Positions 46,362-54,828 of a DNA stretch of 57,103 nucleotides are shown here, piece by piece. The DNA comes from a virus. Its lineage: Duplodnaviria > Caudoviricetes. The notes under the pieces are model-generated. The model did no database searches. It was not told the origin of the DNA and saw nothing but the letters and a program-made list of their open reading frames with translations. Positions within the stretch are counted from its first letter, which is position 1, and each line of letters starts with the position of its first letter. The position numbers were made by a program, and so were the translations under genes. Where the stretch lies: the IMG/VR virus record IMGVR_UViG_3300042430_000603, positions 1 through 57,103 of that record. The stretch is one strand, 5' to 3'.

Positions 46362-48538
46362 ATACTATGACAACTATTCTTGAAAAATTAGTAGCTGATC
46401 TTAGTGCTAGACAGTCTGTATTAAGGGCTGATCGAAATATTTATACTCATTACTTAAAAGATGTTGATTCTAAATTATTAGTTGATATATCTTATCCCCA
46501 TGTATTACGAGGTTTAGAAAGAAGAGGTACATTAGTTGACATTATTGCAACTATTGGTCGTAGAGTTAGGCAAGTGTTAAGCTTACCCAATGATACTATC
46601 TCTGATGCACAAGTAGGTTGGTTTGTTTGCATTGCTTATATTGAATGTGGCGTACTTTCTTTTAAACTAAAGTATACTTACAAGAATGGTAAGAAAAGCA
46701 AATATCAAGCTTACTTCTTTCAAGTTAAAGATTGGAAGGCAATCAAAGAACTTTGGGGTTTAATTGATCAAACTAAGGTAGATATCTTTCCTATGAGAGA
46801 AAAACCTGAATATTGGAAATCACCCCATAACAATCTAGGAGTACCAATTATTAAGAAAGGTCATTCCACAGCATTAGAACAGTTTAAGAAAAATGATAAA
46901 CAAACATTGTATGACATTTTAAATAAACTACAAGATACTGGGTGGAGGATTAATAAAGATGTATTTAAAGTATATCAATATTTTCTTCATAAGGAAAATG
47001 ACAATAGCCCTTTTAAATTACACTCTGAGATTGATGAAGAGAAAAAGAAATCATTAATGATTGAAGCAGAAGCTATTGAACAATTAGCTATGAGTCATTT
47101 AGATAATGCTTTCTATCACGTATACAATTTTGACTTTCGTGGTCGTGTATATGTTAATACTGCATTTTTACATGAGCAATCTAGTGACAATGCAAAAGGT
47201 TTACTTTTGTTAGATCAAGCTACACCTCTTGGTGAAAATGGTTTATTCTGGTTAAAAGTACATACCTCTAATTCTTTTGGAAATGATAAAGTTACGCTAA
47301 AACAGAGAGCAGAATTTGTAGATGAGAATATTAATTTATTCTTATCCTATGCAGAAAAACCAACTATTAATCAAGGTTGGACTGGCACTGATGCTCCCTT
47401 CTCTTTTTTAGCTGCTTGTAATGAACTTAAGAAAATTAAAGAATGGCTGATGTTAGGAAATAAATTAGAAGATTATGAATGTTCACTACCTGTGTATATT
47501 GATGGTTCTAATAATGGTGTTCAACATCTAGTAGCCATGTCTCAAGACGAAGAGATTGCCCCATTAGTAAATTTAGTTCCACAAGAGCTTCCTGGTGATG
47601 TCTACATGTATATTGCAAGATATGTATGGGAACACCTACAAGAAATGGCAGACAAATTAACACCTGAAGAAAGAGGTCAGTTTGATTCTGTTTATAGTAA
47701 AGCTAAAGAACTACAAAAAGCATATTTTGATGCACCTGAAAAGACAGAGCAAAAAGCATTAGCCTATGCTGCTGCCCAAGAATGGCGTAATCAAAATAGA
47801 GCAATCCGAGAAAAATTATTTCCTGTTTACTGGCTTAAAATTGATAATCCTAAAGATCAACGTAAAGTAGTAAAAAGAAATGTAATGACACTCGGTTACG
47901 GTGGTACTGCATATGGCATGGGTCAACAAATTATTGATGACACTCGTGATATGTCTGAATATCTTCGTGACAAAGAACATCTTTGGGGTGCATTGCTAGG
48001 TGATTTAGTATTTCAGACTTGTTATGAAAAGCTAAAAGGACCAGCTACTATGCTACGTATGTTTCAGGATCTTGCACAAAGATCTAATGAAAAAGATGTG
48101 TTCTTAAAATGGACTACACCTGTAACTAACTTTCCAGTTGTTCAGGCATATCGTAAGCCATCTATTATACGTACTAAGTTGAAGTATGGTGAAGAAGAAT
48201 TAAAAGTTCAACTTCAAACTTGGGAGGAAGCAACTATTAATAAAGATTCCCAAAAGACAGGTGCTGCACCAAATATTGTGCATAGCTTTGATGCTGCCCA
48301 CTTGACAATGACTGTTGTATCTGCACCCTATGAGATGACTGTTGTCCATGATTCTTTTGGTACTTTACCAGGACGTATGGATGATTTGTTTTATAGAGTA
48401 AGAGAACAGTTTGTAGAATTTTACAAGGCTAAACCTCTTGAAAAATTGCTTGCTGAACTTGACTGTAAAGACCTTATCCCTGAAAGGGGTAATCTAGATG
48501 TCGGTCAAATTGTGTATTCTGATTATGCTTTTTGTTAA
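46358..48538 (+). CDS. T7-like single-subunit DNA-directed RNA polymerase
   Basis: DFRGRVY, motif A DGSNNGVQH, motif B RKVVKRNVMTLGYG, PNIVHSFDAAHL, motif C VHDSF; C-terminus SDYAFC resembles T7 SDFAFA. Confidence 0.95.
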   Translation: MNTMTTILEKLVADLSARQSVLRADRNIYTHYLKDVDSKLLVDISYPHVLRGLERRGTLVDIIATIGRRVRQVLSLPNDTISDAQVGWFVCIAYIECGVLSFKLKYTYKNGKKSKYQAYFFQVKDWKAIKELWGLIDQTKVDIFPMREKPEYWKSPHNNLGVPIIKKGHSTALEQFKKNDKQTLYDILNKLQDTGWRINKDVFKVYQYFLHKENDNSPFKLHSEIDEEKKKSLMIEAEAIEQLAMSHLDNAFYHVYNFDFRGRVYVNTAFLHEQSSDNAKGLLLLDQATPLGENGLFWLKVHTSNSFGNDKVTLKQRAEFVDENINLFLSYAEKPTINQGWTGTDAPFSFLAACNELKKIKEWLMLGNKLEDYECSLPVYIDGSNNGVQHLVAMSQDEEIAPLVNLVPQELPGDVYMYIARYVWEHLQEMADKLTPEERGQFDSVYSKAKELQKAYFDAPEKTEQKALAYAAAQEWRNQNRAIREKLFPVYWLKIDNPKDQRKVVKRNVMTLGYGGTAYGMGQQIIDDTRDMSEYLRDKEHLWGALLGDLVFQTCYEKLKGPATMLRMFQDLAQRSNEKDVFLKWTTPVTNFPVVQAYRKPSIIRTKLKYGEEELKVQLQTWEEATINKDSQKTGAAPNIVHSFDAAHLTMTVVSAPYEMTVVHDSFGTLPGRMDDLFYRVREQFVEFYKAKPLEKLLAELDCKDLIPERGNLDVGQIVYSDYAFC

Positions 48539-48541
48539 GTT

Positions 48542-48564
48542 TACCAGGGTACGCTAAAGCACTA
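48542..48564 (+). promoter_or_regulatory. SP6/T7-like phage RNAP promoter, copy 3 (predicted +1 = G48559)
   Basis: TACCAGGGTACGCTAAA|G, one mismatch to copies 1-2; starts 4 nt after the RNAP stop, upstream of SSB/replication genes. Confidence 0.72.
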
Positions 48565-48630
48565 ACGTATGCAAAATCAATTGTATACTAAATATTAAAA
48601 ATGAAATTATAATTAAGGAAACTAAAACCT

Positions 48631-49131
48631 ATGGCTATTTTAAAAAATGTTGAGTTATTCTGGGCACAATTAGACCCCAAGAGACCTAATTCTAAATTTA
48701 ACAAAGAACAACCTACATGGGATGTTCAGATTCGCACTCGAGACAAGAAAGTTAAAGCAGAATGGGTAGCACTCAACTTAAAGCCCAAAACAGTAGAAGA
48801 TGATGATGGAGTATTTTATTCTGTAACTCTTCGTAAAAAGTCTAAAAAGAAAGATGGTGCTGACAATCAACCAGTAACTGTAGTTGATGGTTCTTTGACT
48901 GCAATTGATCCTGCTAGTATTGGTAATGGCTCTATTGCTAATGTAAAGATTTTTCAGTATGAGTATCCACCAGAGAATAAGATTGCATCTATGCTAATGG
49001 CTGTGCAGATTACTAAGTTGAAAGAATATATCCCTAGATCTTCTGGTGATGACTTTGAACTTACTGAAACAGAGATTGTAAGGGTAGCAGATGCAAATGG
49101 TAGTGATGACTTTGAAGATAGTCCTTATTAA
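48631..49131 (+). CDS. Single-stranded DNA-binding protein (T7 gp2.5-like)
   Basis: IGNGS.ANV...L.AVQI..L.EY motifs and an acidic C-terminal tail ending in an aromatic residue. Confidence 0.75.
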   Translation: MAILKNVELFWAQLDPKRPNSKFNKEQPTWDVQIRTRDKKVKAEWVALNLKPKTVEDDDGVFYSVTLRKKSKKKDGADNQPVTVVDGSLTAIDPASIGNGSIANVKIFQYEYPPENKIASMLMAVQITKLKEYIPRSSGDDFELTETEIVRVADANGSDDFEDSPY

Positions 49132-49139
49132 TTAACAAC

Positions 49140-49165
49140 TAGGGGACTTAGGTCTCCTATTTTAT
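49140..49165 (+). terminator. Terminator-like hairpin between SSB and the tRNAs
   Basis: TAGGGGAC-TTAG-GTCTCCTA followed by TTTTAT. Confidence 0.6.
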
Positions 49166-49167
49166 CA

Positions 49168-49242
49168 GGGATAATAGCTTAATGGTAAAGCAGTCGACTC
49201 ATAATCGATTGAGTGTAGGTTCAATTCCTACTTATCCCACCA
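49168..49242 (+). tRNA. tRNA with CAT anticodon, probably tRNA-Ile2 (lysidine, reads AUA) rather than Met
   Basis: Full cloverleaf: GGGATAA/TTATCCC acceptor stem, CTCATAA anticodon loop, encoded CCA. G1-C72 pair (not an initiator); anticodon arm resembles E. coli Ile2 (CGACTCATAATCG). Confidence 0.85.
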
Positions 49243-49244
49243 CA

Positions 49245-49319
49245 CTCTCTTTAGTTCAATGGATAGAACAGTAACCTTCTAAGTTATTAATGTAGGTTCG
49301 ATTCCTACAAGAGGGACCA
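49245..49319 (+). tRNA. tRNA-Arg(TCT)
   Basis: CTCTCTT/AAGAGGG acceptor stem, GTAAC-CTTCTAA-GTTAT anticodon arm, GGTTCGATTCC T-arm, encoded CCA. Confidence 0.92.
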
Positions 49320-49340
49320 CTTTAAAATTAAAAGGATAAA

Positions 49341-49544
49341 ATGTTTAAAACAAGTTTTTGGGTAGCAGCAGCAGATGGGAGTTTAAATGCTGATAAGTTT
49401 ATTTGCACACACGATGTACCCTATTTATTTAAAGAAGGTGATAAAGTAATATTGGTTCAACTAGGTGATCCTGTAATTGTGGATTTTATAATTCATGATT
49501 TATATGACAAAGTAATTAATGTATTTGTAAAAGAGATTTTATAA
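49341..49544 (+). CDS. Hypothetical protein
   Basis: 67 aa with AAGGA RBS. Confidence 0.6.
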   Translation: MFKTSFWVAAADGSLNADKFICTHDVPYLFKEGDKVILVQLGDPVIVDFIIHDLYDKVINVFVKEIL

Positions 49545-49681
49545 TGGCTAAAAAAATTGGAAAAGAAACAGTTAAGGGCATTGTTAAACGAACTTCACAA
49601 GGTGGTTCACGACCTAAAACATCAACAATGACCAAGACACAACGTCGATCATTCAAACGCTATCGAGGACAAGGTAAATGA
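49544..49681 (+). CDS. 45-aa basic protein with C-terminal KRYRGQGK
   Basis: MAKKIGKETVKGIVKRTSQGGSRPKTSTMTKTQRRSFKRYRGQGK; TAATG/ATGA coupling; absent from the supplied ORF track. Confidence 0.7.
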   Translation: MAKKIGKETVKGIVKRTSQGGSRPKTSTMTKTQRRSFKRYRGQGK

Positions 49682-49857
49682 ATAATTTTATTGCTGGTTT
49701 AGTTGGCTTAACTATTTTAGTTGCATCTATCTATGGATGGATAGCAAACTTTATAGCTATTCTGGCTATGAATGCTGATACCCAAGTTGGTTGGATTATC
49801 GGTCGTATAATTGGAGTATTTGTACCTTTCATTGGAGCAGTTCTTGGTTACTTCTGA
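49678..49857 (+). CDS. 59-aa membrane protein
   Basis: MNNFIAGLVGLTILVASIYGWIANF...GRIIGVFVPFIGAVLGYF, two hydrophobic helices; ATGA coupling. Confidence 0.7.
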   Translation: MNNFIAGLVGLTILVASIYGWIANFIAILAMNADTQVGWIIGRIIGVFVPFIGAVLGYF

Positions 49858-50086
49858 ATACACCATAACATTCACTGATTCTATTAGTGAATTTGAAATG
49901 TTACTTTTGTGTAAACTTGGAGATGATTTTTCATATAATGAGGATTATACTGTTTGCACAATTGAATCATTAATGGGAGAACGAGAATTTATTAGAGAGA
50001 TTGCAGATTTAGTTGATGTAGAAAACATTGGATTAATTCAACATCTTGTAACTATGGAACCAGATTGGTTAAATTTTAAGTCATAA
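49844..50086 (+). CDS. Hypothetical protein
   Basis: Acidic ORF; start uncertain, but TTG 49844 has GGAG 6 nt upstream. Confidence 0.5.
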   Translation: MVTSEYTITFTDSISEFEMLLLCKLGDDFSYNEDYTVCTIESLMGEREFIREIADLVDVENIGLIQHLVTMEPDWLNFKS

Positions 50087-50388
50087 TGATTGCATACAAA
50101 CTATTTAAGAAACGTAAAGATGGAACTTATGGTCCATTATTTATTAATCGTAAACAGAAAATACAAAAAGGTGTTCTATATGGAGCAGAATCGCATCCTA
50201 CTGTTGGCTACGCTTATCGCCCTGGGTGGCATTGCTGTTCTACTCCTAATGCGCCTCACTTGAGTTACAAAGAGCGAGTATGGTGCAGGGTAGAGATTCA
50301 AGACTACAATAGACATCAAAGACCACATAATCAAGGCGGTTTATGGTATACCGCTAATTACATGCGTATTTTAGAAGAAATTTTATGA
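50086..50388 (+). CDS. Hypothetical phage protein
   Basis: 100 aa, YKLF...GPLFIN...RPGWHC...PHL; coupled to its neighbours. Confidence 0.65.
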   Translation: MIAYKLFKKRKDGTYGPLFINRKQKIQKGVLYGAESHPTVGYAYRPGWHCCSTPNAPHLSYKERVWCRVEIQDYNRHQRPHNQGGLWYTANYMRILEEIL

Positions 50389-50798
50389 AACAAAGAACAG
50401 TATATTTAGCAGGTCCAATGGAACATGTTTCTATTGAAGATGCAAAAGGATGGAGAACAATTGCTACTGATTTACTATTACAAGCAGATCAGAAGGTATT
50501 AGACCCTACTCGTAGAGTTCATGAATTCCAACCTAAATATATGAAACGTATATTTGAGTTAGATCTTCGTGATATTCAAGAATCAGATTTAATCCTTGTT
50601 AATTTAGATAACCCTACAATTGCTAAACACGGTACTGCAATGGAAGTCTTTTATGCTTCTTATGTATTACGAAAACCAGTAGTTGCATTTAAAGCTAATG
50701 CTTCTACTATCCACCCTTTCTTTGAGTCTCTAGTCACAGAGTGGAGATCTACAGTAGACAAAGCTTGTGACACTATTATTACGGAGTATTTAGATTAA
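50385..50798 (+). CDS. Nucleoside 2-deoxyribosyltransferase / nucleotide N-glycosidase family
   Basis: VYLAGPM, DL.DI..SD.ILVNL and GT.ME..YA...KPVV motifs. Confidence 0.8.
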   Translation: MKQRTVYLAGPMEHVSIEDAKGWRTIATDLLLQADQKVLDPTRRVHEFQPKYMKRIFELDLRDIQESDLILVNLDNPTIAKHGTAMEVFYASYVLRKPVVAFKANASTIHPFFESLVTEWRSTVDKACDTIITEYLD

Positions 50799-51061
50799 TG
50801 CCTTATATTCGACAAGACTTTAAACAGTTCTTACATACAAAAAGTGTAGCTGAGGTTGGTGATTTATGCACTAGCCCTGGTGAGTTAAACTTTGTTATTA
50901 CTTCTATTGTACGAGATTATTTTAATCGTACAGATAAAGGTAATTATCAAGCAATTAACGATATTGTAGGTGCTTTAGAGGGTGCCAAGATAGAATTCTA
51001 TCGTAGAGTAGCTGCACCGTATGAAGATAAAAAGATTCAAGAAAATGGAGATGTATACTAA
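50798..51061 (+). CDS. Conserved phage hypothetical protein
   Basis: MPYI...GELNF.IT...GALE.AK.EFYRR..APYED.KI.ENGDVY. Confidence 0.7.
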   Translation: MPYIRQDFKQFLHTKSVAEVGDLCTSPGELNFVITSIVRDYFNRTDKGNYQAINDIVGALEGAKIEFYRRVAAPYEDKKIQENGDVY

Positions 51062-51249
51062 TGAAATTTACTCTTAATACTATCTCAGAAAATGAAGATG
51101 GTAGTGCAAATGTAGTACTAGATTTAGATAACGAAGCAAGAGAATATCTTCTGAATTATGCATTTATAAGAATGCTAAAAGATGCTATTGCTGAAGGTAA
51201 TTTATATAAAGTAGATGAGGATAAAGTTGATGTACGTACCGATTTATGA
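51061..51249 (+). CDS. Hypothetical protein
   Basis: 62 aa, ENEDGSA motif, coupled start. Confidence 0.6.
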   Translation: MKFTLNTISENEDGSANVVLDLDNEAREYLLNYAFIRMLKDAIAEGNLYKVDEDKVDVRTDL

Positions 51250-51832
51250 AATATATTCATATGGTAAAAACCGTGGTGTAGTAGCAACCTATAATGACTT
51301 TGAACATGCTGTTACTGCATGGAAAGACAATATGGATTTCTTTACTATTAAATGCGTTTGGCCTACTAGTGTAAAGAATCGTTCTAAGGAATTAAATCAT
51401 ATTGGCTCGATAAATGACTATCGTAATTTGTTAAATGAGTGGGCAATTGAAGATGGTGATGACGAATGGGAAGTAGATCAACTTATGAAATATTTAAAAG
51501 AAAATCCACCAACAGTAGAGAACACTATTCTTAATCCTAACTACCAGAGTGCTATTAATCCTAGCCACTATCAGAGTTATATAATGGATTTACAATGGTT
51601 AGAGACTATGCAGTATCTACCAAGCTTTAGGAATCCTGATTGCTTTAAGGCAGCAGTTGAACTACAAGTACGAAAGTATCTAGATCGCCTTGGCGGTAAA
51701 GATGCTGAAGAACAAGAATTAGGTAAAGCATTATGGTATTTAAAATTCCTACTTGCTTACACTAAGAACAATAATCAACCAATCCGAATTAAAGATATAG
51801 AAAAATTATTAAATGAGCAATCTAGTATTTGA
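51215..51832 (+). CDS. DUF3310-like (T7 gp1.7 nucleotide kinase-related) domain protein
   Basis: C-terminal INPSHY...KYL.R.G.KD...QEL.KA.WYL motif. Confidence 0.65.
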   Translation: MRIKLMYVPIYEIYSYGKNRGVVATYNDFEHAVTAWKDNMDFFTIKCVWPTSVKNRSKELNHIGSINDYRNLLNEWAIEDGDDEWEVDQLMKYLKENPPTVENTILNPNYQSAINPSHYQSYIMDLQWLETMQYLPSFRNPDCFKAAVELQVRKYLDRLGGKDAEEQELGKALWYLKFLLAYTKNNNQPIRIKDIEKLLNEQSSI

Positions 51833-53690
51833 CATCGAAAGTGATGGTCTACTAGACACTGTAAGTAAAGTTTGGATGATTGTGACAAATGATACTAGTA
51901 CTGGTGAAGAGTTAATCTTTACCGACTATGATCCACAATATCCAAGCTTAGAGCAAGGCTTACAACACCTATCGAAAGCAACAAGTTTAATTGGCCACAA
52001 TATTATTGGCTATGATTTACTTGTTCTCCGAAAACTATACAATTGGATTCCAAATAAAGAAACTAAATTATATGATACGATGTTACTATCGCAAGTCATT
52101 AATTATGATCGATTTAATGGAAAGCATTCTCTAGCTGTATGGGGTGAATACCTTGGTCATAGTAAGGTCGAGCATGAGGACTGGAGTCAGTACTCAACCG
52201 ACATGCTACATCGGTGTAGAGAAGACGTAAAAATCAACGTTAAGGTCTATAGAGGTCTTATTAAAGAATTAAAAGGTATGACTGAGAAAAAGCCATATCT
52301 TAAAACTTCTATTAAAAATGAGCACCTTACTGCACAATTTTGTGCTGATGCAGAATATATAGGATGGCAATTTGACAAAGATGCTGCAACAAAACTATTG
52401 GCTGCGATGGAAGCTCAAATGGAAGAAGTTCAATCCATTATTGAGCCACGACTTAGTACAGAAACTAAAGTCTTGGATAAACAACCTAAAATACCAAAGT
52501 GGATTAAGAACGGTAATTATGATGCCGTTACTGCTAGATATTTTAATATTGATCCTTCTAATGGCAGGGATGATCGTATGGTAGAGGGTCCATATCAACG
52601 ATTTGAATATGTACAACCTGATTTAGGTAATATTGATTCAGTTAAATTATATTTACACAAAATTGGTTGGGAGCCTGACGACTGGAATTGGAAAAAACAA
52701 GGTAATGAATTTATTAAAGTATCTGAAAAGCTAACTACTAGTTCACTAGAAAAGTTAGGCGAAGTAGGAATGCTAATTGATAAATATTACACTACTAGGT
52801 CTAGGCATTCTATTTTGTCTGGATGGTTGGAGTCTTTAGATGAGAATAACAGATTACATGGTAGTTGTTTTACTATCTCTACTCCAACTGGTCGTGCTAG
52901 ACATAGTGGTATTGTCAATGTTCCAGGTGCTGATTCCGAATGGGGTCCAGATATTCGTAAATTATTTATGGCTACTCCTGGGTATGCAATTATTGGCGCT
53001 GACTCTTCTGGTAATCAATTTAGAGCTTTATGTCATTATCTAAAGAATGATGAATATACTAATGAAGTTTTAAATGGAGATGTGCATCAAAAGAATGCAG
53101 ATGTACTAACAGCTGTAATGACAGAGGAACAATCTAAGTTTCCTAAGATTATTAAAGACCCTACTGTATCTCGTAAATTAGCAAAGCCATTCATTTATGC
53201 TTATTTGTTTGGTGCTGGTGGTGAGAAGGTTTCTTTAATTTTAACTGGTGTTCGTAATGCTAAACTTGGTAATAAGATTAAAGCTGAGTTTGCAAAACGT
53301 ATTCCAGGACTAGATTCATTGATTAAGCGTATTAATGCTGTTTATAACCAAACAGAATTACGTGGCAGTCCTTGGATTCCTGCACTTGATGGTAGAAAGA
53401 TTCCTTGTGAATCTGCTCATAAGTCTCTCAATTATCTGTTACAGAGTTGTGAAGCTATTACATGTAAAGCAGCTACTGCTCTTACTTATGTTAGACTCCA
53501 AGAGGAGAACATACCATTCAATCCATTGATATTTTATCATGACGAGATTGAATTTGAAGTCCCTATCGAGTATGCTGAACGAGCTTCTGCGATTGCTAAA
53601 AAGGCTTTCCAAGATGGTCCAAAGTTATTTGGTGTTGATATTATGGATGGTGAGTCCAAAATCGGTAATAACTGGTATGATGTACATTAA
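51813..53690 (+). CDS. DNA polymerase, family A (T7-like) with 3'-5' exonuclease
   Basis: FDIESDGL, GHNIIGYD, TPTGRARH, motif A DSSGNQFR, motif B RKLAKPFIYAYLFG, motif C YHDE. Confidence 0.95.
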   Translation: MSNLVFDIESDGLLDTVSKVWMIVTNDTSTGEELIFTDYDPQYPSLEQGLQHLSKATSLIGHNIIGYDLLVLRKLYNWIPNKETKLYDTMLLSQVINYDRFNGKHSLAVWGEYLGHSKVEHEDWSQYSTDMLHRCREDVKINVKVYRGLIKELKGMTEKKPYLKTSIKNEHLTAQFCADAEYIGWQFDKDAATKLLAAMEAQMEEVQSIIEPRLSTETKVLDKQPKIPKWIKNGNYDAVTARYFNIDPSNGRDDRMVEGPYQRFEYVQPDLGNIDSVKLYLHKIGWEPDDWNWKKQGNEFIKVSEKLTTSSLEKLGEVGMLIDKYYTTRSRHSILSGWLESLDENNRLHGSCFTISTPTGRARHSGIVNVPGADSEWGPDIRKLFMATPGYAIIGADSSGNQFRALCHYLKNDEYTNEVLNGDVHQKNADVLTAVMTEEQSKFPKIIKDPTVSRKLAKPFIYAYLFGAGGEKVSLILTGVRNAKLGNKIKAEFAKRIPGLDSLIKRINAVYNQTELRGSPWIPALDGRKIPCESAHKSLNYLLQSCEAITCKAATALTYVRLQEENIPFNPLIFYHDEIEFEVPIEYAERASAIAKKAFQDGPKLFGVDIMDGESKIGNNWYDVH

Positions 53691-53701
53691 CTGGGAATAA
53701 A

Positions 53702-54340
53702 ATGTATAACGATATAAATGATAGAATTAAAAAAGCACTTTTAGAATCTCTTTCTTTAAAGACTGAAATGAAAAATAAAACTATTGAATCACAGAAAAAC
53801 TGTGCTCATGCAGCATTAAACATGTTACATATTGTGGACCCTTATTCTTGTATTCTAGGTGGAGCACCACGAGACTGGGCATTAGGTAACCCTGCAAAGG
53901 ATTTAGATATCTATATTCATGGGTATCCTAATGAGTCTAGAGATAGTATCAAAGACAGAATATCACAAGCATTAGAGCTTCAAGCTGATGAATTAGAAGA
54001 TGTAACAAATAATTCTTATTATACACATAGTTTAGATAATGGAGTTGTTGGTGTATTAAACGTAAAAAATTGTTTTATGCCAATTCAAATTGTATTATGT
54101 GATAGACAACCAATTGAGATGTTAAACACATTTCATGGAAGTTTGTCTAAAGCTTCTTATACTCGTGGTTATTATTGGGATTATTTAACTAATTCGGAAG
54201 ATTATGAATTAGACACTAGTGTAGAGTTTGACATTAGTAAAGAATTCAAAGTTCATTTAATTAGAAAGAATGATGATCCAAAGTATATAGCTAAAATTAA
54301 AGCTAAATACCCTGAATTTACACACATACACGAATCATGA
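53702..54340 (+). CDS. Nucleotidyltransferase (CCA-adding/poly(A) polymerase head-like)
   Basis: LGGAPRD...KDLDI signature. Confidence 0.75.
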   Translation: MYNDINDRIKKALLESLSLKTEMKNKTIESQKNCAHAALNMLHIVDPYSCILGGAPRDWALGNPAKDLDIYIHGYPNESRDSIKDRISQALELQADELEDVTNNSYYTHSLDNGVVGVLNVKNCFMPIQIVLCDRQPIEMLNTFHGSLSKASYTRGYYWDYLTNSEDYELDTSVEFDISKEFKVHLIRKNDDPKYIAKIKAKYPEFTHIHES

Positions 54341-54828
54341 ACATTTTTTATTTAGACAAAAACCAAACAGAATGTGCTAAGGCTCACTATGATTCTCATG
54401 TAGTAAAGATGATTCTTGAGTCAGCACAGTTATTATCTACCGCCCATCATCTAGTTGGTGATGGTGGGCCTTACAAAAAGACACATGACAATCATCCTTC
54501 TGCTGTTTGGGTTCGTAGTAGTATTAAGCATTATATGTGGCTTTATATTCTTATGGAAGAACTTGGTAAAGAGTATACTCACCGATTTGGAAAAGTACAT
54601 AAAACTATTTTAGATCATTCAGGTACACTTTCTAGTTTTCCAAGGGACATTAAAGCAGAAGATTGGCAAGATCCTCCCTTAGCCATGCCAGATCATTGTA
54701 AGTTAAATGATACAGTTGAATCATATCGAAATTATTATTTAACTGAAAAAATAAATTTAATGCGATATACAAATAGAGATGCACCTTCATGGTTACAAAA
54801 GAAGATCGCTACGATTCCCTGTATTTAG
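54337..54828 (+). CDS. Pyrimidine-dimer DNA glycosylase-like protein (DenV-related)
   Basis: MNIFYLD...HVVKMILESAQLLST...HPS..W...YRNYY motifs. Confidence 0.72.
   Translation: MNIFYLDKNQTECAKAHYDSHVVKMILESAQLLSTAHHLVGDGGPYKKTHDNHPSAVWVRSSIKHYMWLYILMEELGKEYTHRFGKVHKTILDHSGTLSSFPRDIKAEDWQDPPLAMPDHCKLNDTVESYRNYYLTEKINLMRYTNRDAPSWLQKKIATIPCI

Noticed and set aside
49140-49159. TAGGGGAC as a fourth copy of the phage promoter
   Set aside because: Shares only AGGGGAC, lacks the TACC and GCTAAAG parts, and is better explained as a terminator stem.
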